From Lishizhenia tianjinensis (GTDB lineage: Bacteria; Bacteroidota; Bacteroidia; Flavobacteriales_D; Crocinitomicaceae), in assembly GCF_900116425.1 (NCBI RefSeq), contig NZ_FPAS01000001.1, forward strand, positions 978,767 to 1,042,766: a stretch of DNA of 64,000 bases. The letters are read 5' to 3'. The notes beneath the pieces were generated by a model. It did no database searches and was not told the origin of the DNA. It was given only the letters and a program-made list of their open reading frames with translations. Shown piece by piece: positions 17,940 through 28,900 of the stretch. Position numbers and translations under genes: made by a program. How positions within the stretch are numbered: the first letter of the stretch is position 1; each line of letters opens with the position of its first letter.

Positions 17940-19379
17940 ATGAATAAATTATTATCGATTTTAGCGCTTAGCATCCTCATTAATGGTTCACTTTTGGCGC
18001 AAGCAAAATCTGGATTAGGAGCCACTTTTGAATTGGTGAATGATACAGACATAAGCATCCCTCAAAAAGGAAGCAACAGTTTAACCATAGGGAAAGCCAA
18101 TTTTTGGGCGCATCAAAATGGTAATATTCTAAAAATCTCGAAATACGTCAACAGCCAACGTGTACTTAAGGTAAAATTTCCCTTTAACGCTGGAGAATAT
18201 AAAAGAATCTCAACCAATGGACAAAAGTTCACAACATTAGGAGACCATATATTGGAAATCATCAAAAACCCCAACGGGAAAACGAGTGACTATTATGTTA
18301 CTGCTATTAATACAGATCTTGAAGTAGTCAAAACATTACAAATGGCTTCTGTTCCGAAAAATACAAAGGGATCAAAAGTGAAATACTTTGAAAAAGAAGG
18401 TCACCTAATATTTGTACAATACGCTAGAATTTCTTCAAGCCAGCAAGAACTTACAATTACTGCCTTAAATCAAGATTTAGAAAAAATTGAACTAGATAAA
18501 TACACCATAGATGTAGATGAAAACAGTTCAGCTTTTATCAGCAACATCGAAATTTATGAGAACTTCTTAACTGCAACTCACCAAATATTTAATGAGAAGA
18601 CAGGTAATAGTTCTGCTTGTAGTTTTAAACAATATAGTTTAGATGGAGATCACACAACTGTACTTGAATTAGGTCTTCCTAAAGATTTATCTACAATATA
18701 CACTACTCTACAAGGTGATCAACTTTATTTAACTGGTTTTACACATGACCAAATAGCTCATGGAACTGCAGGTAAGGTATTTCATGCTAAATATTCTATA
18801 GAGAATCAAAAATTAATCAACTATGATGAACAAGTATTAGGTAAGGAATTTATTGAAAATCTTTACAATGAGGAAGACCTAAACAAAGCAAAAAATGGAA
18901 GAAATTACGACCATTTAAATTATAAAATACTTGAATCTTACTTACTTGATGATGCTACTACCCTAACAGTAGCTGAACATTACTTAACCTATACTCAAAA
19001 TGTTGCTTCAACAGGTGTTGAAAGAAGATATATTAGAAAAGGAATCGTATTGATTAAAACAAATAAGGAAGGGAAAATCATTTGGACCAAGCATTTGGAT
19101 AGACACATGCATTCTACAGAAGATGGAAACGGTGCTATTTACCAGAGACTTAAAGATGGTCAGCTTCATTTAATTTATCAATTTGACTATTACATCATTG
19201 CTAGTCTTGTAGATATTAAAAATGAAGAGGTGGAAACATCGGTAGTATTTGACGATAAAGAAAGCAAACACGTTCTTCCTCACTATGATGAATTCATAGA
19301 ATTAGAAAAAAACAAAATTGCTATCTCGTGTAGAGGTTTTGTTAGTGCAAATGCACTTATCATTGATTTTGATAATTAA
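17940..19379 (+). CDS. Secreted hypothetical protein, paralogue 1 of a 5-member tandem family
   Basis: The ORF-track start at 17865 is TTG. The ATG at 17940 gives 'MNKLLSILALSILINGSLLAQA', a signal peptide. Shares 'DYYVTAINTDLEVVKT' and 'EHYLTYTQN..KEGKIIWTK' blocks with paralogues 2 and 3. Confidence 0.6.
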   Translation: MNKLLSILALSILINGSLLAQAKSGLGATFELVNDTDISIPQKGSNSLTIGKANFWAHQNGNILKISKYVNSQRVLKVKFPFNAGEYKRISTNGQKFTTLGDHILEIIKNPNGKTSDYYVTAINTDLEVVKTLQMASVPKNTKGSKVKYFEKEGHLIFVQYARISSSQQELTITALNQDLEKIELDKYTIDVDENSSAFISNIEIYENFLTATHQIFNEKTGNSSACSFKQYSLDGDHTTVLELGLPKDLSTIYTTLQGDQLYLTGFTHDQIAHGTAGKVFHAKYSIENQKLINYDEQVLGKEFIENLYNEEDLNKAKNGRNYDHLNYKILESYLLDDATTLTVAEHYLTYTQNVASTGVERRYIRKGIVLIKTNKEGKIIWTKHLDRHMHSTEDGNGAIYQRLKDGQLHLIYQFDYYIIASLVDIKNEEVETSVVFDDKESKHVLPHYDEFIELEKNKIAISCRGFVSANALIIDFDN

Positions 19380-19402
19380 TCGAAAACAAGAAAATTTGAA
19401 AA

Positions 19403-19430
19403 CACAACTCTCTAGGGTTGTGTTTTTTTG
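19403..19430 (+). repeat. Palindromic terminator repeat (copy 2 of the 'cacaactc..agggttgtgT7' family)
   Basis: 'acacaactctctagggttgtgttttttt' is near-identical to the copy at 17840. Confidence 0.6.
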
Positions 19431-19489
19431 TTTTAACGAATGTGTAAATTAAGAAACTCTTATATTCGTGGCGAACCTAAATTATAAAA

Positions 19490-20926
19490 ATGAAAAAAAT
19501 ACTAGTACTAGGATTAACCGCACTATTAACCACTGCAAGTCTCTTTGGACAAGAAAAAGGATCTGCATTAGGCATTGATGTAGAAGTCAACGAATACAAA
19601 ACTGGAAGAGGAACCAAAAATTTCGGGACAATAAACGGGAAACAATACGCACAAGGGAAATCTGGATTCGTATTTTACTTTTTCCCTATTGCCATGCATA
19701 CGCTTTTGAACAAAAAGGAAGATGGTCAAGTTTTAAAGACCGTTAAACTAGAGGATAAAAACAAATATTTCAAAAGAAAAAAGTTTGAGGTAACCAACTT
19801 TGTAACCGTAGGTGAAAATATTGTAGAGTTGGTTCCAAGATATGATGAAAAAAATTCTACATACACCATTTATGCAGAGGCTTTCAACCAAAATTTAAAC
19901 AGTGTAGAATTAGGTGAAATCTATACTACAAAATTTAAAGAAGGCGCACGCTTCCTTTTATCTTACGAAAAGTACGAGAGTAAATTACTACTTAAAATTT
20001 CCAAATATGAAAGCGGAGCCTTAAAATCGATAAGCTATTTATTTGTAGATCAAAACTTAGAAACAGAAGACATAATAGTAATCAACACAGATGAAGATGG
20101 TACTTTCACAGGAGCTACAACTTACGTTAGTTCTGATGAACCAGACATCACATACGCAATTTCAACAACAAAAGGGGATGAAGAATTAGAGGGAGTATGT
20201 TACCAACTCGATTTAGAAAAGGGTCGTGATACTGATTTCGACTTAGACTTTTCTGATTTAGATGAAAAAAAGAGTAATATCGTAGCCAAAGTTCACAACA
20301 ATAAACTTTACATTTTTGGATTTAGCAAAGTAGAAAAAGGTGATCAAATTTTAGATGAATACTTCACGCAGATATACGATATAAATACCAAGAAACTCAT
20401 TTCTCACACTACCAATGAACTCTCACCAGAATTTATTATAGAACCTGAAATAGATGCTTTTAAAAGCACTCATCAAAAAGCTATAGACAAAGGAGAGTAC
20501 AAAAGTCTCCGTACACATAGAATTATTCAAACTCACTTTTTAGAGAATGGAAACATCCTTCAATTGGCAACTAATTTCTCAATGAATACCATGCAAAATA
20601 TTTTTGTCTATTTGCTTGATGAAAAAGGTGAAATCATAAAAAAAACTTCGTTTCAAGTTAGACAATACACAGGGTATAGTGCTTTTGGAGTTCATAATAA
20701 CTTAGAGGGAGATATTTTAAAACTTTGTTACCTTGATAGAGAAGGTTTACAAGCGAGAACAATTGATATTACATCTCTAAAGACTGAAAGTGAATTGTTG
20801 TTGGAAACAAAAAAAATTATTGGATATGACTACTTTATGACAACTACTCATTACCCTAAGCATAATGAACGAGTAATTCAAGGAACCAAGTTGTCCAAAG
20901 AACAATCAATACACATTACTTTTTAA
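19490..20926 (+). CDS. Secreted hypothetical protein, paralogue 2
   Basis: Signal peptide 'MKKILVLGLTALLTTASLFGQ'. 'STYTIYAEAFNQNLNSVELGE' and 'LLNKKEDGQVLKTVKL' align with the other paralogues. Confidence 0.6.
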   Translation: MKKILVLGLTALLTTASLFGQEKGSALGIDVEVNEYKTGRGTKNFGTINGKQYAQGKSGFVFYFFPIAMHTLLNKKEDGQVLKTVKLEDKNKYFKRKKFEVTNFVTVGENIVELVPRYDEKNSTYTIYAEAFNQNLNSVELGEIYTTKFKEGARFLLSYEKYESKLLLKISKYESGALKSISYLFVDQNLETEDIIVINTDEDGTFTGATTYVSSDEPDITYAISTTKGDEELEGVCYQLDLEKGRDTDFDLDFSDLDEKKSNIVAKVHNNKLYIFGFSKVEKGDQILDEYFTQIYDINTKKLISHTTNELSPEFIIEPEIDAFKSTHQKAIDKGEYKSLRTHRIIQTHFLENGNILQLATNFSMNTMQNIFVYLLDEKGEIIKKTSFQVRQYTGYSAFGVHNNLEGDILKLCYLDREGLQARTIDITSLKTESELLLETKKIIGYDYFMTTTHYPKHNERVIQGTKLSKEQSIHITF

Positions 20927-20947
20927 GTAGATTAAATCCTTAAATGA

Positions 20948-20978
20948 AGCCAACTCTATCTCAAGGGTTGGCTTTTTT
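20948..20978 (+). repeat. Palindromic terminator repeat, variant copy ('agccaactc..agggttggcT6')
   Basis: 'agccaactctatctcaagggttggctttttt'. Confidence 0.55.
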
Positions 20979-21022
20979 GTTTGATAGAAACTATTAAATT
21001 AGTAGGAACTTAAAATTAAACA

Positions 21023-22450
21023 ATGAAAAAACTAATCACGCTATCTCTGTCATCCCTTTTGCTAGGAATGAGTAGTTTAAACGCTCAAACTAAGACAGTT
21101 TTAAATACTAATTTTGAAAAATCTGAAAAACAAGATGTTTTAAAAGGAGAATATTTTGCAGTTATCAATGGATATTCTTTTGAGCACATAGAAAATGGTT
21201 CTATCAATAAGTTGGTTAAAAAACAAAATGGGAAAAATGTTGAAAGCATAAAGCTGCCAGGTAAAACAGACCTCTACAAACGTTATGATGCCTGGTCTAC
21301 CTTTAAACAATTTGGAAAATATTTGGTTGAGGTTCTGGACTGGGAAAACAATAAAACTGATAAACAAGATTACATTCTCACCTTCTACGACGAAAACTTG
21401 ATTGAAAAAAAGGTTATTCCTGTAGCAAAACTTACCAGCGACTGGGAGAAAAGAGATTTTCACACAGAAGTTATAAACGAGTATCTTTTTATTAAAACCG
21501 TTGAACAAAAAGGAGGTGGTAACAATTCTATAGGTATTAAGGTCATTGGAAACGATTTAGAATTAAAGAAACTTGACCAATATACAGTCGCAGGAAAAGT
21601 TTCTATACAAAAGGTAAAAATTGAAAATGACATTTTGAGTTTTATTCAAATGGTTAAAAATACTAACGGTCAAATTCTCGAATTGAAGTACATAGGGTAT
21701 AACCTAAAAGACAACCAAAAAACAAGTGTAAATTTAGATTTCAGCGCATTAAAAGAAGGTGTTAGCGATTTTGATTATAGGCTTGACGATAATACGCTTA
21801 AGATTCATGGATATACCTTAGATGACTATGAAAGTTTTCAATTTGGAAAAGTTTTCTCTATTGCAATTGACATCAACACTGAAAATGTACTTCACACCAA
21901 TACAAGTGAAAAGATATCAGGTGATGCCAAGGAAATGTATACTGCTTTTGACTTACTCAAACAAGGTAAAGTAAACGAAGGAAGATACTTTTCTTACCGT
22001 CAATTAAACACATGGAAACTAGAGGACGGATCAACGATAACGCTAGGAGAACACTACAATTACTATGAAACAGTAGACAAATCAAGTTATGATTATTACA
22101 AACCCCATCACCTTCATGCTGATTTAATCATTTCTAAATTTAATGAAGCAGGAGAAGTAGAATGGATGAAAACTGTCCCTAGAAACACGCGTTCTACGCA
22201 ACTAAAAGATACAGAAATATTCTCGCACCTTAATAATGAAGAAGTCTCACTGGTTTATGAAAGTAACGGAGATTTTATGTTAACTAAACTAGATTTGAGT
22301 TCTGAAAACATTGAAACAGAACTCATCTTCAACAAAAAGGAACATAAGAGTAAAACAAACTTTGGTGTGTACACACAGCTATCTGAGGATGAATTTGCCT
22401 TATCTATATATGATTTGAAAAACCATAATGTATTGATGGTAGCGTTTTAA
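21023..22450 (+). CDS. Secreted hypothetical protein, paralogue 3
   Basis: Signal peptide 'MKKLITLSLSSLLLGMSSLNAQ'. 'INKLVKKQNGKNVESIKL', 'QDYILTFYDENLIEKKVIP' and 'EHYNYYETV..EAGEVEWMK' align with paralogues 1, 2 and 5. Confidence 0.6.
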   Translation: MKKLITLSLSSLLLGMSSLNAQTKTVLNTNFEKSEKQDVLKGEYFAVINGYSFEHIENGSINKLVKKQNGKNVESIKLPGKTDLYKRYDAWSTFKQFGKYLVEVLDWENNKTDKQDYILTFYDENLIEKKVIPVAKLTSDWEKRDFHTEVINEYLFIKTVEQKGGGNNSIGIKVIGNDLELKKLDQYTVAGKVSIQKVKIENDILSFIQMVKNTNGQILELKYIGYNLKDNQKTSVNLDFSALKEGVSDFDYRLDDNTLKIHGYTLDDYESFQFGKVFSIAIDINTENVLHTNTSEKISGDAKEMYTAFDLLKQGKVNEGRYFSYRQLNTWKLEDGSTITLGEHYNYYETVDKSSYDYYKPHHLHADLIISKFNEAGEVEWMKTVPRNTRSTQLKDTEIFSHLNNEEVSLVYESNGDFMLTKLDLSSENIETELIFNKKEHKSKTNFGVYTQLSEDEFALSIYDLKNHNVLMVAF

Positions 22451-22472
22451 GTGTTGATATAAAATTAAAAAC

Positions 22473-22498
22473 GGGCCGATTCAAAAATGAATCGGCCC
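22473..22498 (+). repeat. Palindromic terminator repeat of the 'acgggccgattca..tgaatcggccc' family (copy 1)
   Basis: 'gggccgattcaaaaatgaatcggccc'. A near-identical element occurs at 25913. Confidence 0.6.
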
Positions 22499-22530
22499 TA
22501 TTTAACTTTAATAATATTGAAGATATAAAC

Positions 22531-22557
22531 TCAACTCCTTAAGGGTTGTGTTTTTTT
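22531..22557 (+). repeat. Degenerate copy of the 'caactc..agggttgtgT7' repeat
   Basis: 'tcaactccttaagggttgtgttttttt'. Confidence 0.45.
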
Positions 22558-22620
22558 ATCCACCTATTTTAAATCTCACTTGAGAAAAGACTATTTTAGA
22601 CCTAACAATCCCCATAAATA

Positions 22621-24252
22621 ATGAAAAACATTGTTAAACTACTATTTCTTAATTTACTTTTTTATCTACCGGCAAACCTATCCGCTCAAGAATTAAAAGA
22701 CAGTTTAGCTTATGAATACAATGTTGCCCTTTATGATGTAGGTGATTTGCGAACGGGTAACTTTATTGGACAAATTGGTGATTATTACTATGTGTATACC
22801 AGTAAGGACAGTTATCACAATCAACAAATGCGCCTAGAAAAATACAACATTAAAGGTGGAATAGAACGTAGTGTCTATATTCAACTGGAGGTAGAAAACT
22901 GTTATAAAAGACTCGAATATCAAGGTTATCGAAAATTTAAAGAGCCTCTAAGAGATCAATACAAGATTATAAACAATGAACTTTATCATTTCATTCCAGA
23001 TGAAGATATTCAAACTCATACAAGACGTGTATGGGTAGAAAAAATTGATTTAGAAACTCTTGAATCATTTGAACCACAACTCCTTTTCGAACACACTGTT
23101 GCAGAGGATGAATTTATGAAATACCGCAAAAGTCCTTTCTCCCTAGCTGTAATTCAAAGGAAGGAATTAAACTTTCTATACATTAAAAGTCAATATTCAA
23201 ATGAAAAAATTGATCTTATAAAAGTGGAAGATGGAATTTTCGAAGCGTTGAATTTAAATATCGAGAGCAAAGAAAATTTTCTAATGCAATTAGACCCTAA
23301 CAACATTGCTATTACCTCAAACAAACTGCGTGTACCCATATTTTACCTTCATCGTCAAAACGACATTTCTCATGTAGAACTACATACTACCGATTTAAAC
23401 TCAAAAATAGGCTCAAAACAAATCACGTTTAACAGTCTAAACTTTGCCCCCATACATCATTTTGATTACAGAGTGATATTTGAAGGAAACCTTATGAAAT
23501 TCATTTTCTTCTACAGACCAACAAATGATTTAACCAGAAACTTATATTCCATTTATGCTTATGATTTGACCACACAGGATATTTTTCATCATCAAGGACA
23601 AATTCCTGGTTTAAACAAAAAGACTTTTATGCATGAGTATGACCGAGATGTGATGTCTAAAAAATGGACTTATTTCACAGAAAATATGGACACCTCTTTC
23701 TTTGATCTACACTTTCGTGAAATTTTCCAATCTTCAGAGGGTAAGACTTACATTGTAGCATCCTATCAAATAAATAAACGTTTAGGAACGATAAATGGAC
23801 CCAACGCTTATTTTAATGATTATCGTTTTAGCAAAGATTTACCCGGAGATTTATTTGTTTTTGAACTCAATACAGATTTAAGCATTTCTTATTTGAATAC
23901 TATAGATATCTATAATTATCCTAATCCGGACAATTATGATTATTACGTCACTCACGGAGGAAATTACCCAAAATTGGATTACCCTCTACTAACATTTAAA
24001 AACAACAAAATATATTTTGTTCACAGCAATTACGAAGATCCAAACCATAGAGATATGGGACCACGACATATAGAAATCACGGCTCTTGATCTAGTGAACA
24101 ATAAAATTTCCAACCTTGGAAAAATAAGAGGCCATGAATTTCTAACCCAAAGTATTTACGCTAGAATTCCTTTTGACAAGGCGCATAATACTGGGTATAG
24201 GAGTAAAAATGGAGATAGATATATTTTACAATTGAATCTCAAAATTAAATAA
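22621..24252 (+). CDS. Secreted hypothetical protein, paralogue 4 (most diverged, 543 aa)
   Basis: Signal peptide 'MKNIVKLLFLNLLFYLPANLSAQ'. Same size class and position in the array. Tyr-rich. Confidence 0.5.
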   Translation: MKNIVKLLFLNLLFYLPANLSAQELKDSLAYEYNVALYDVGDLRTGNFIGQIGDYYYVYTSKDSYHNQQMRLEKYNIKGGIERSVYIQLEVENCYKRLEYQGYRKFKEPLRDQYKIINNELYHFIPDEDIQTHTRRVWVEKIDLETLESFEPQLLFEHTVAEDEFMKYRKSPFSLAVIQRKELNFLYIKSQYSNEKIDLIKVEDGIFEALNLNIESKENFLMQLDPNNIAITSNKLRVPIFYLHRQNDISHVELHTTDLNSKIGSKQITFNSLNFAPIHHFDYRVIFEGNLMKFIFFYRPTNDLTRNLYSIYAYDLTTQDIFHHQGQIPGLNKKTFMHEYDRDVMSKKWTYFTENMDTSFFDLHFREIFQSSEGKTYIVASYQINKRLGTINGPNAYFNDYRFSKDLPGDLFVFELNTDLSISYLNTIDIYNYPNPDNYDYYVTHGGNYPKLDYPLLTFKNNKIYFVHSNYEDPNHRDMGPRHIEITALDLVNNKISNLGKIRGHEFLTQSIYARIPFDKAHNTGYRSKNGDRYILQLNLKIK

Positions 24253-24515
24253 AAGAGCATGTTAATCAATTAAAAACAAGCAAAACGAAGTACGAATCTC
24301 AAAGCTTCTTACCAAATATTGAGAAGTTGAATTCACTACATTCCTTAATTATCCAGAAGCCACAAATTATTGACGGTACAGAATTAAAGTAAATCCTATT
24401 CTCAAAACCGCAAGCTCTCTATACTACTTAAATGAAGAACCTATTTTTTTAATAATTCAAAGATGATTTCACTACTGTAATACGCTATATTCACTATTCT
24501 AACTAGCTTAATTTG

Positions 24516-25901
24516 ATGAAGTATTTTTCTTTTATTCTGTTTTCCATATTATTTCTTATACCATTTGAATCTAGCGGCCAAAGCTATGAAGTGCTTGGCA
24601 CAAACATTACTATCCTGGAAAATGTAACGGAAGAAAAACCCATTGCGGTAATCGGTAACTATGAGTTTTTTCTTCAATCAGAAAAAAACTACAAACTCAA
24701 TATTCCTGTTGGTGAAATAAACTACATTCAAAAAAGATTAAATGGGAAAACCATAAATCAAATAAAAATTACCTATGCAAAGAATTCATCATTGAAGTTT
24801 GTTCAATTCAAAGATAAATTCGTGATCATTGAAGAGGACTTAAATCAATCTGAACATTTAAAAAGTATTTTAATAAGGGTATACGACCCTTTTTTACGAT
24901 GTATAAAGGAAAAGCGTCTGTTTAACGTACAAACCATGGATGAGCAATGTTTTACAGAAATTCAGTACCTCTATGATGATGAAAACCTATTTATAGTTGG
25001 AACATCCATCATAAATGAATCCAATACCCAAGTTGAAATACACCGTTTTGATTATACAGGTTTAGTAACAAAAATAGACCAATATATTGTTCCATTGGGT
25101 ATAGCCGATTTTAAAATTTACAAAGCAATTGTATATAAAAATGCCCTTAACCTATTAGAGCGAAGAACCGAAAACAATACAATTAATTTCAACTTAAAAA
25201 ATTACAATTTAACGACCTCTGAGAAAGTTGACTTTCCTTTAGATATGTTGAAATCACAGTATCATCTAGCTGAATTTGAAATTGAATTTAACAACGACAA
25301 GATATTATTATTTGGATTTACCTCTTTCCTTGTAGATTCTGAAAAACTGTTTGGTTCCATCATTCTTGAATACGACCTTAGCACTGGAATTCGAACGCGT
25401 TATGAAATCGAAAGTATTCCTAAAGCTCAAGGAAAAACATACGAACTCTGCAGCCTTTTAACAGCCATAAAATGTGGAAACGGTTCCATAATTCTCATTG
25501 GAGAATACAAAAAATTCGATTTTGAATACGACTATACTAATCAGAAGTTTGTAATCTGTGATCATAGTAACTTTATCATTCTTAAATTAAATACAGATCG
25601 CCAAATAGAAAGTATAAACATATTTGACCGTTTTGTAAGTGATGTTAATATTCCTTATTCAAATGTTTTATGCCATTTCAACAATGGAATATTGAATATA
25701 TTGTATTACAACAACTATGCTTTGGTCTTAAAAAAGGTTGATTTAAATAAAAATGAGGAAAACACAATAGAAATTTTCAAACGCGACTATGGAGACTTAC
25801 CTTTTTTCAATCTATCCAATTACGAAAGGCTAAATGAAACAACTTATATAATTAACGCTGGTATAAATACAATGCCCAGGAAGCTCAAAGTGGAATTTTA
25901 A
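24516..25901 (+). CDS. Secreted hypothetical protein, paralogue 5
   Basis: The ORF-track start at 24513 is TTG. The ATG gives 'MKYFSFILFSILFLIPFESSGQ'. 'INYIQKRLNGKTINQIKI' matches 'INKLVKKQNGKNVESIKL' of paralogue 3. Confidence 0.6.
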   Translation: MKYFSFILFSILFLIPFESSGQSYEVLGTNITILENVTEEKPIAVIGNYEFFLQSEKNYKLNIPVGEINYIQKRLNGKTINQIKITYAKNSSLKFVQFKDKFVIIEEDLNQSEHLKSILIRVYDPFLRCIKEKRLFNVQTMDEQCFTEIQYLYDDENLFIVGTSIINESNTQVEIHRFDYTGLVTKIDQYIVPLGIADFKIYKAIVYKNALNLLERRTENNTINFNLKNYNLTTSEKVDFPLDMLKSQYHLAEFEIEFNNDKILLFGFTSFLVDSEKLFGSIILEYDLSTGIRTRYEIESIPKAQGKTYELCSLLTAIKCGNGSIILIGEYKKFDFEYDYTNQKFVICDHSNFIILKLNTDRQIESINIFDRFVSDVNIPYSNVLCHFNNGILNILYYNNYALVLKKVDLNKNEENTIEIFKRDYGDLPFFNLSNYERLNETTYIINAGINTMPRKLKVEF

Positions 25902-25912
25902 AACTTAAAGAT

Positions 25913-25950
25913 AAAACGGGCCGATTCAATGTTGAATCGGCCCGTTTGTT
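25913..25950. terminator. Perfect-palindrome bidirectional terminator between paralogue 5 (+) and the giant ATPase gene (-)
   Basis: 'aaaacgggccgattcaatgttgaatcggcccgtttt' has A/T runs on both sides and is the same element as at 22473. Confidence 0.7.
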
Positions 25951-25965
25951 TTAAAAAGATATTAT

Positions 25966-28900
25966 TTACTCTTTATCCATGTGCTCCCTCAAGTTCTGGG
26001 CTATTCTGTCCATACCTTGGTGGAGGGTGTAAATAAAGCCATCCAAAGCTTCTGTTTTATCGGGGGCCAATGCCTTGAGGTTCTCGGCAATTTCTTGCAG
26101 TTGTACCATCATTTGTGCCGATGAATCATCCCCGTAACCTTTGGTCTTTTGTCGTTTTTGAAATTCTCGTACGATTTCCTCCCAACGCTCAGCTTCTTGC
26201 TCGTTTAACCATCCAAAAGTGGACTTAAACTTTAATAAGTTCGCTTCAGCATCTGCCGTTAAGGTTTGCGACTCATTTTCGTAGTGAGATTGTAACAAGG
26301 TCAACAACTCTTCCTCGTTCATAAGTGTGTTCAACTTCTCCACGATCTTGTTCATGTTACGGTAAGAACCTTGCAATTTAAAAGCGGGCTCCCTCCTATA
26401 CACCTCATCTTGATTGGCGGATTGTATGTAGAGTTCGTTCACTTTCATGACCACATCTCTTACCTTGATCATCTTCTCGAAAAGACTCACATTTTCTTCC
26501 ACGACTTGAGCAGAATATTGTCCTTTAAACTCCACCAATTCTTTATCCTTCCCTTCTGCCAAACTCACAAACTGTTTTACATCTTCGTAAACATTGTTTT
26601 TGATTTGGTTTAACAAAGGATGTGAACTTAAACTGTTTTCTATGAAACTCGATGCAAAGGCATTTCCATGTCCACCCACGATATCTCCCAAATTGTAAAT
26701 ATCTGCACGGTTGGCTAACATGTCTGGAATTTGGAATTTCCCTCCACTCTCTGTATAGGGGTTCCCGGCCATAATTACGGCTACCTTTTTCCCTCTAAAA
26801 TCATAGGTTTTGGGCTGACCTTCAAATACACCTTCTATCTTACGTTGTCCATCTGCTAAAGAAATAAACTTTTGTAAAAACACAGGACTACAATGTTGAA
26901 TATCATCCAAATAAATCATTACGTTATCTCCCATTTCAAAGGCCAAATTCAACTTTCTTAGCTCTTGAGCCGCAGCTGTAGAATCGGCTTGTTTTGGGTC
27001 TAAGCTTGTAACTTCATGACCAATAGATGGACCGTTGATCTTCATAAAAATCAAACCTAATCTGTTGGCGATGTATTCCATCAAAGTTGTTTTACCATAT
27101 CCTGGAGGAGAAACCAATAAAAGCATACCCATCAAATCCGTACGCTTGTTTGCCCCTACTGCTCCAATTTGCTTGGCAAGATTATCACCCACGATAGGCA
27201 AATACACTTCGTTAATCAATTGGTTACGCACAAAAGAATTCATCACTTTAGGCTCCAACTCATTTAAACGCAATTCCTTGGAATAGGTATCTACCAACTC
27301 TTTTTTACGGTGTTGTAAACTTTCAAAATCACGTTGGTAAACCGCTATAAAGTTTTCAATTTGTGGAAATAAATCGGCCAAATTCACTTGAGCCTTTCCT
27401 CCAACTATAGTAGAATGATCTCCTTTTAAACCATCTATTTCAATCGTTGGTACAGGAATAACATTTTCTTCTCCTATGTTTTTAGAAAGCATCAAGGAAC
27501 TCAACTCCGCGGCATGGTTATACCCCAGGTTTTCTAGCGCGTTTTGAAGCATCTGATAATAATGAAAGAGTTTATCTTGCTCTACATTATCCAATATCAA
27601 CGACTTCCTTTTCTTCACTAAATGACCGTAATCCTCATAAGCCTTAGAACTAATTACAAAGTGATCATCGTAGAGTAATTCTTGTGTCAGGTAAGCTGCA
27701 ACGTCTTTTGTTAAAGACAAGTATTTCTTAGGAAGGATGTCTGAAAGTAGAGCAAATAACTCATCTTCTACCTGCGTAAAAGTATGTGTATCCAAAACTT
27801 CATTCACCAAGCGATTCACTTGAATAAGGGCTTCCAACTCACCTTTGAAGTCAGCCTTCATACTCATCCAAGCCACACGCGCCAGAGCTCTAACCTCTTG
27901 GTTCACGAAAATGTTCGGATTCAATTCACCCTGCTTAATAAAGGCTTGCAAATACAACAAAGCATCAGCATCATGCACACCTTTGATGTAGTTTTCTTTG
28001 TAGCGGGGCGACATAAAGGTTCTCACTTTTTCAAGCAATTCCTCCTCTGTTAATTTCACCAATTCGGCCGTTCCAAAGTTTTTGAACATGAGATAAGCCA
28101 AGTATGCACCCCTGTAGACTTTATCATTTTCAGAAATAAGGGATGAATTCCATATGGCTTTGTGTCCGTTTAGAACCTCATCTTCTACCTCCTTAAAGAA
28201 ATTTGTACCTGTTATATGATAGAACATGGCCTCGCCCCTTTGTATAAGGGTTAAACCTAATTTCTGCTTATTCGTTAAGAATTGATGATTTCCAAATTGG
28301 ATTACATCATCTCCATTGGCAAAAAGTTCTTTTTTATCCTTTAATGATCTTAAGGCATTTTCCTTCAAAGACTTTAATTGAGCCGCAACATCATCGGCTT
28401 TTACTGTATCTCCGAGTTCAATTAAATCATCTACTGTATTTCTCACCTTCTCCACCATCAAATCTGAGGCATAGTAAGCTTGAATTTCGGCTTCTTCTTT
28501 AAAGGTTTTGAGTTTGTTCTCTACTGTTTTAAGAAGTCGTTTTGCACCTTCTTCCAGTTTTGTAGTTCTTCTCCCTCGTTGTTCTTGAAGATAGATTTTA
28601 CGGTTTTCAAAAGCTTCATAAATAGACTCACGCTTTTCCCCCACCTGATCTACAAATTCATCAAAATCTACAAATTTGCTCTCTAGTTCTTCTAATTGAA
28701 CCATGAGTTTATTCATGTATTCATCTGCTTTTTCTTCTGTAGAACTTAGGTCTAAGAAATTCACCACAGATTGAGAAATCAAAGTCAATTGCGCTGCAAA
28801 CTCTGCCTTTCCTTCTACTAAAAGCAATTCCTTTTTCTTGTTCTTTAAACTTGCCGAACAAGTATTGAACTTGGCATAAACAGCTGAAATTTGATCTATG

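Noticed and set aside
21140-21508. 122-aa antisense ORF inside paralogue 3
   Set aside because: It is nested opposite a gene with a signal peptide and paralogue-conserved blocks. Its composition is Phe/Asn/Ile-rich and low-complexity.
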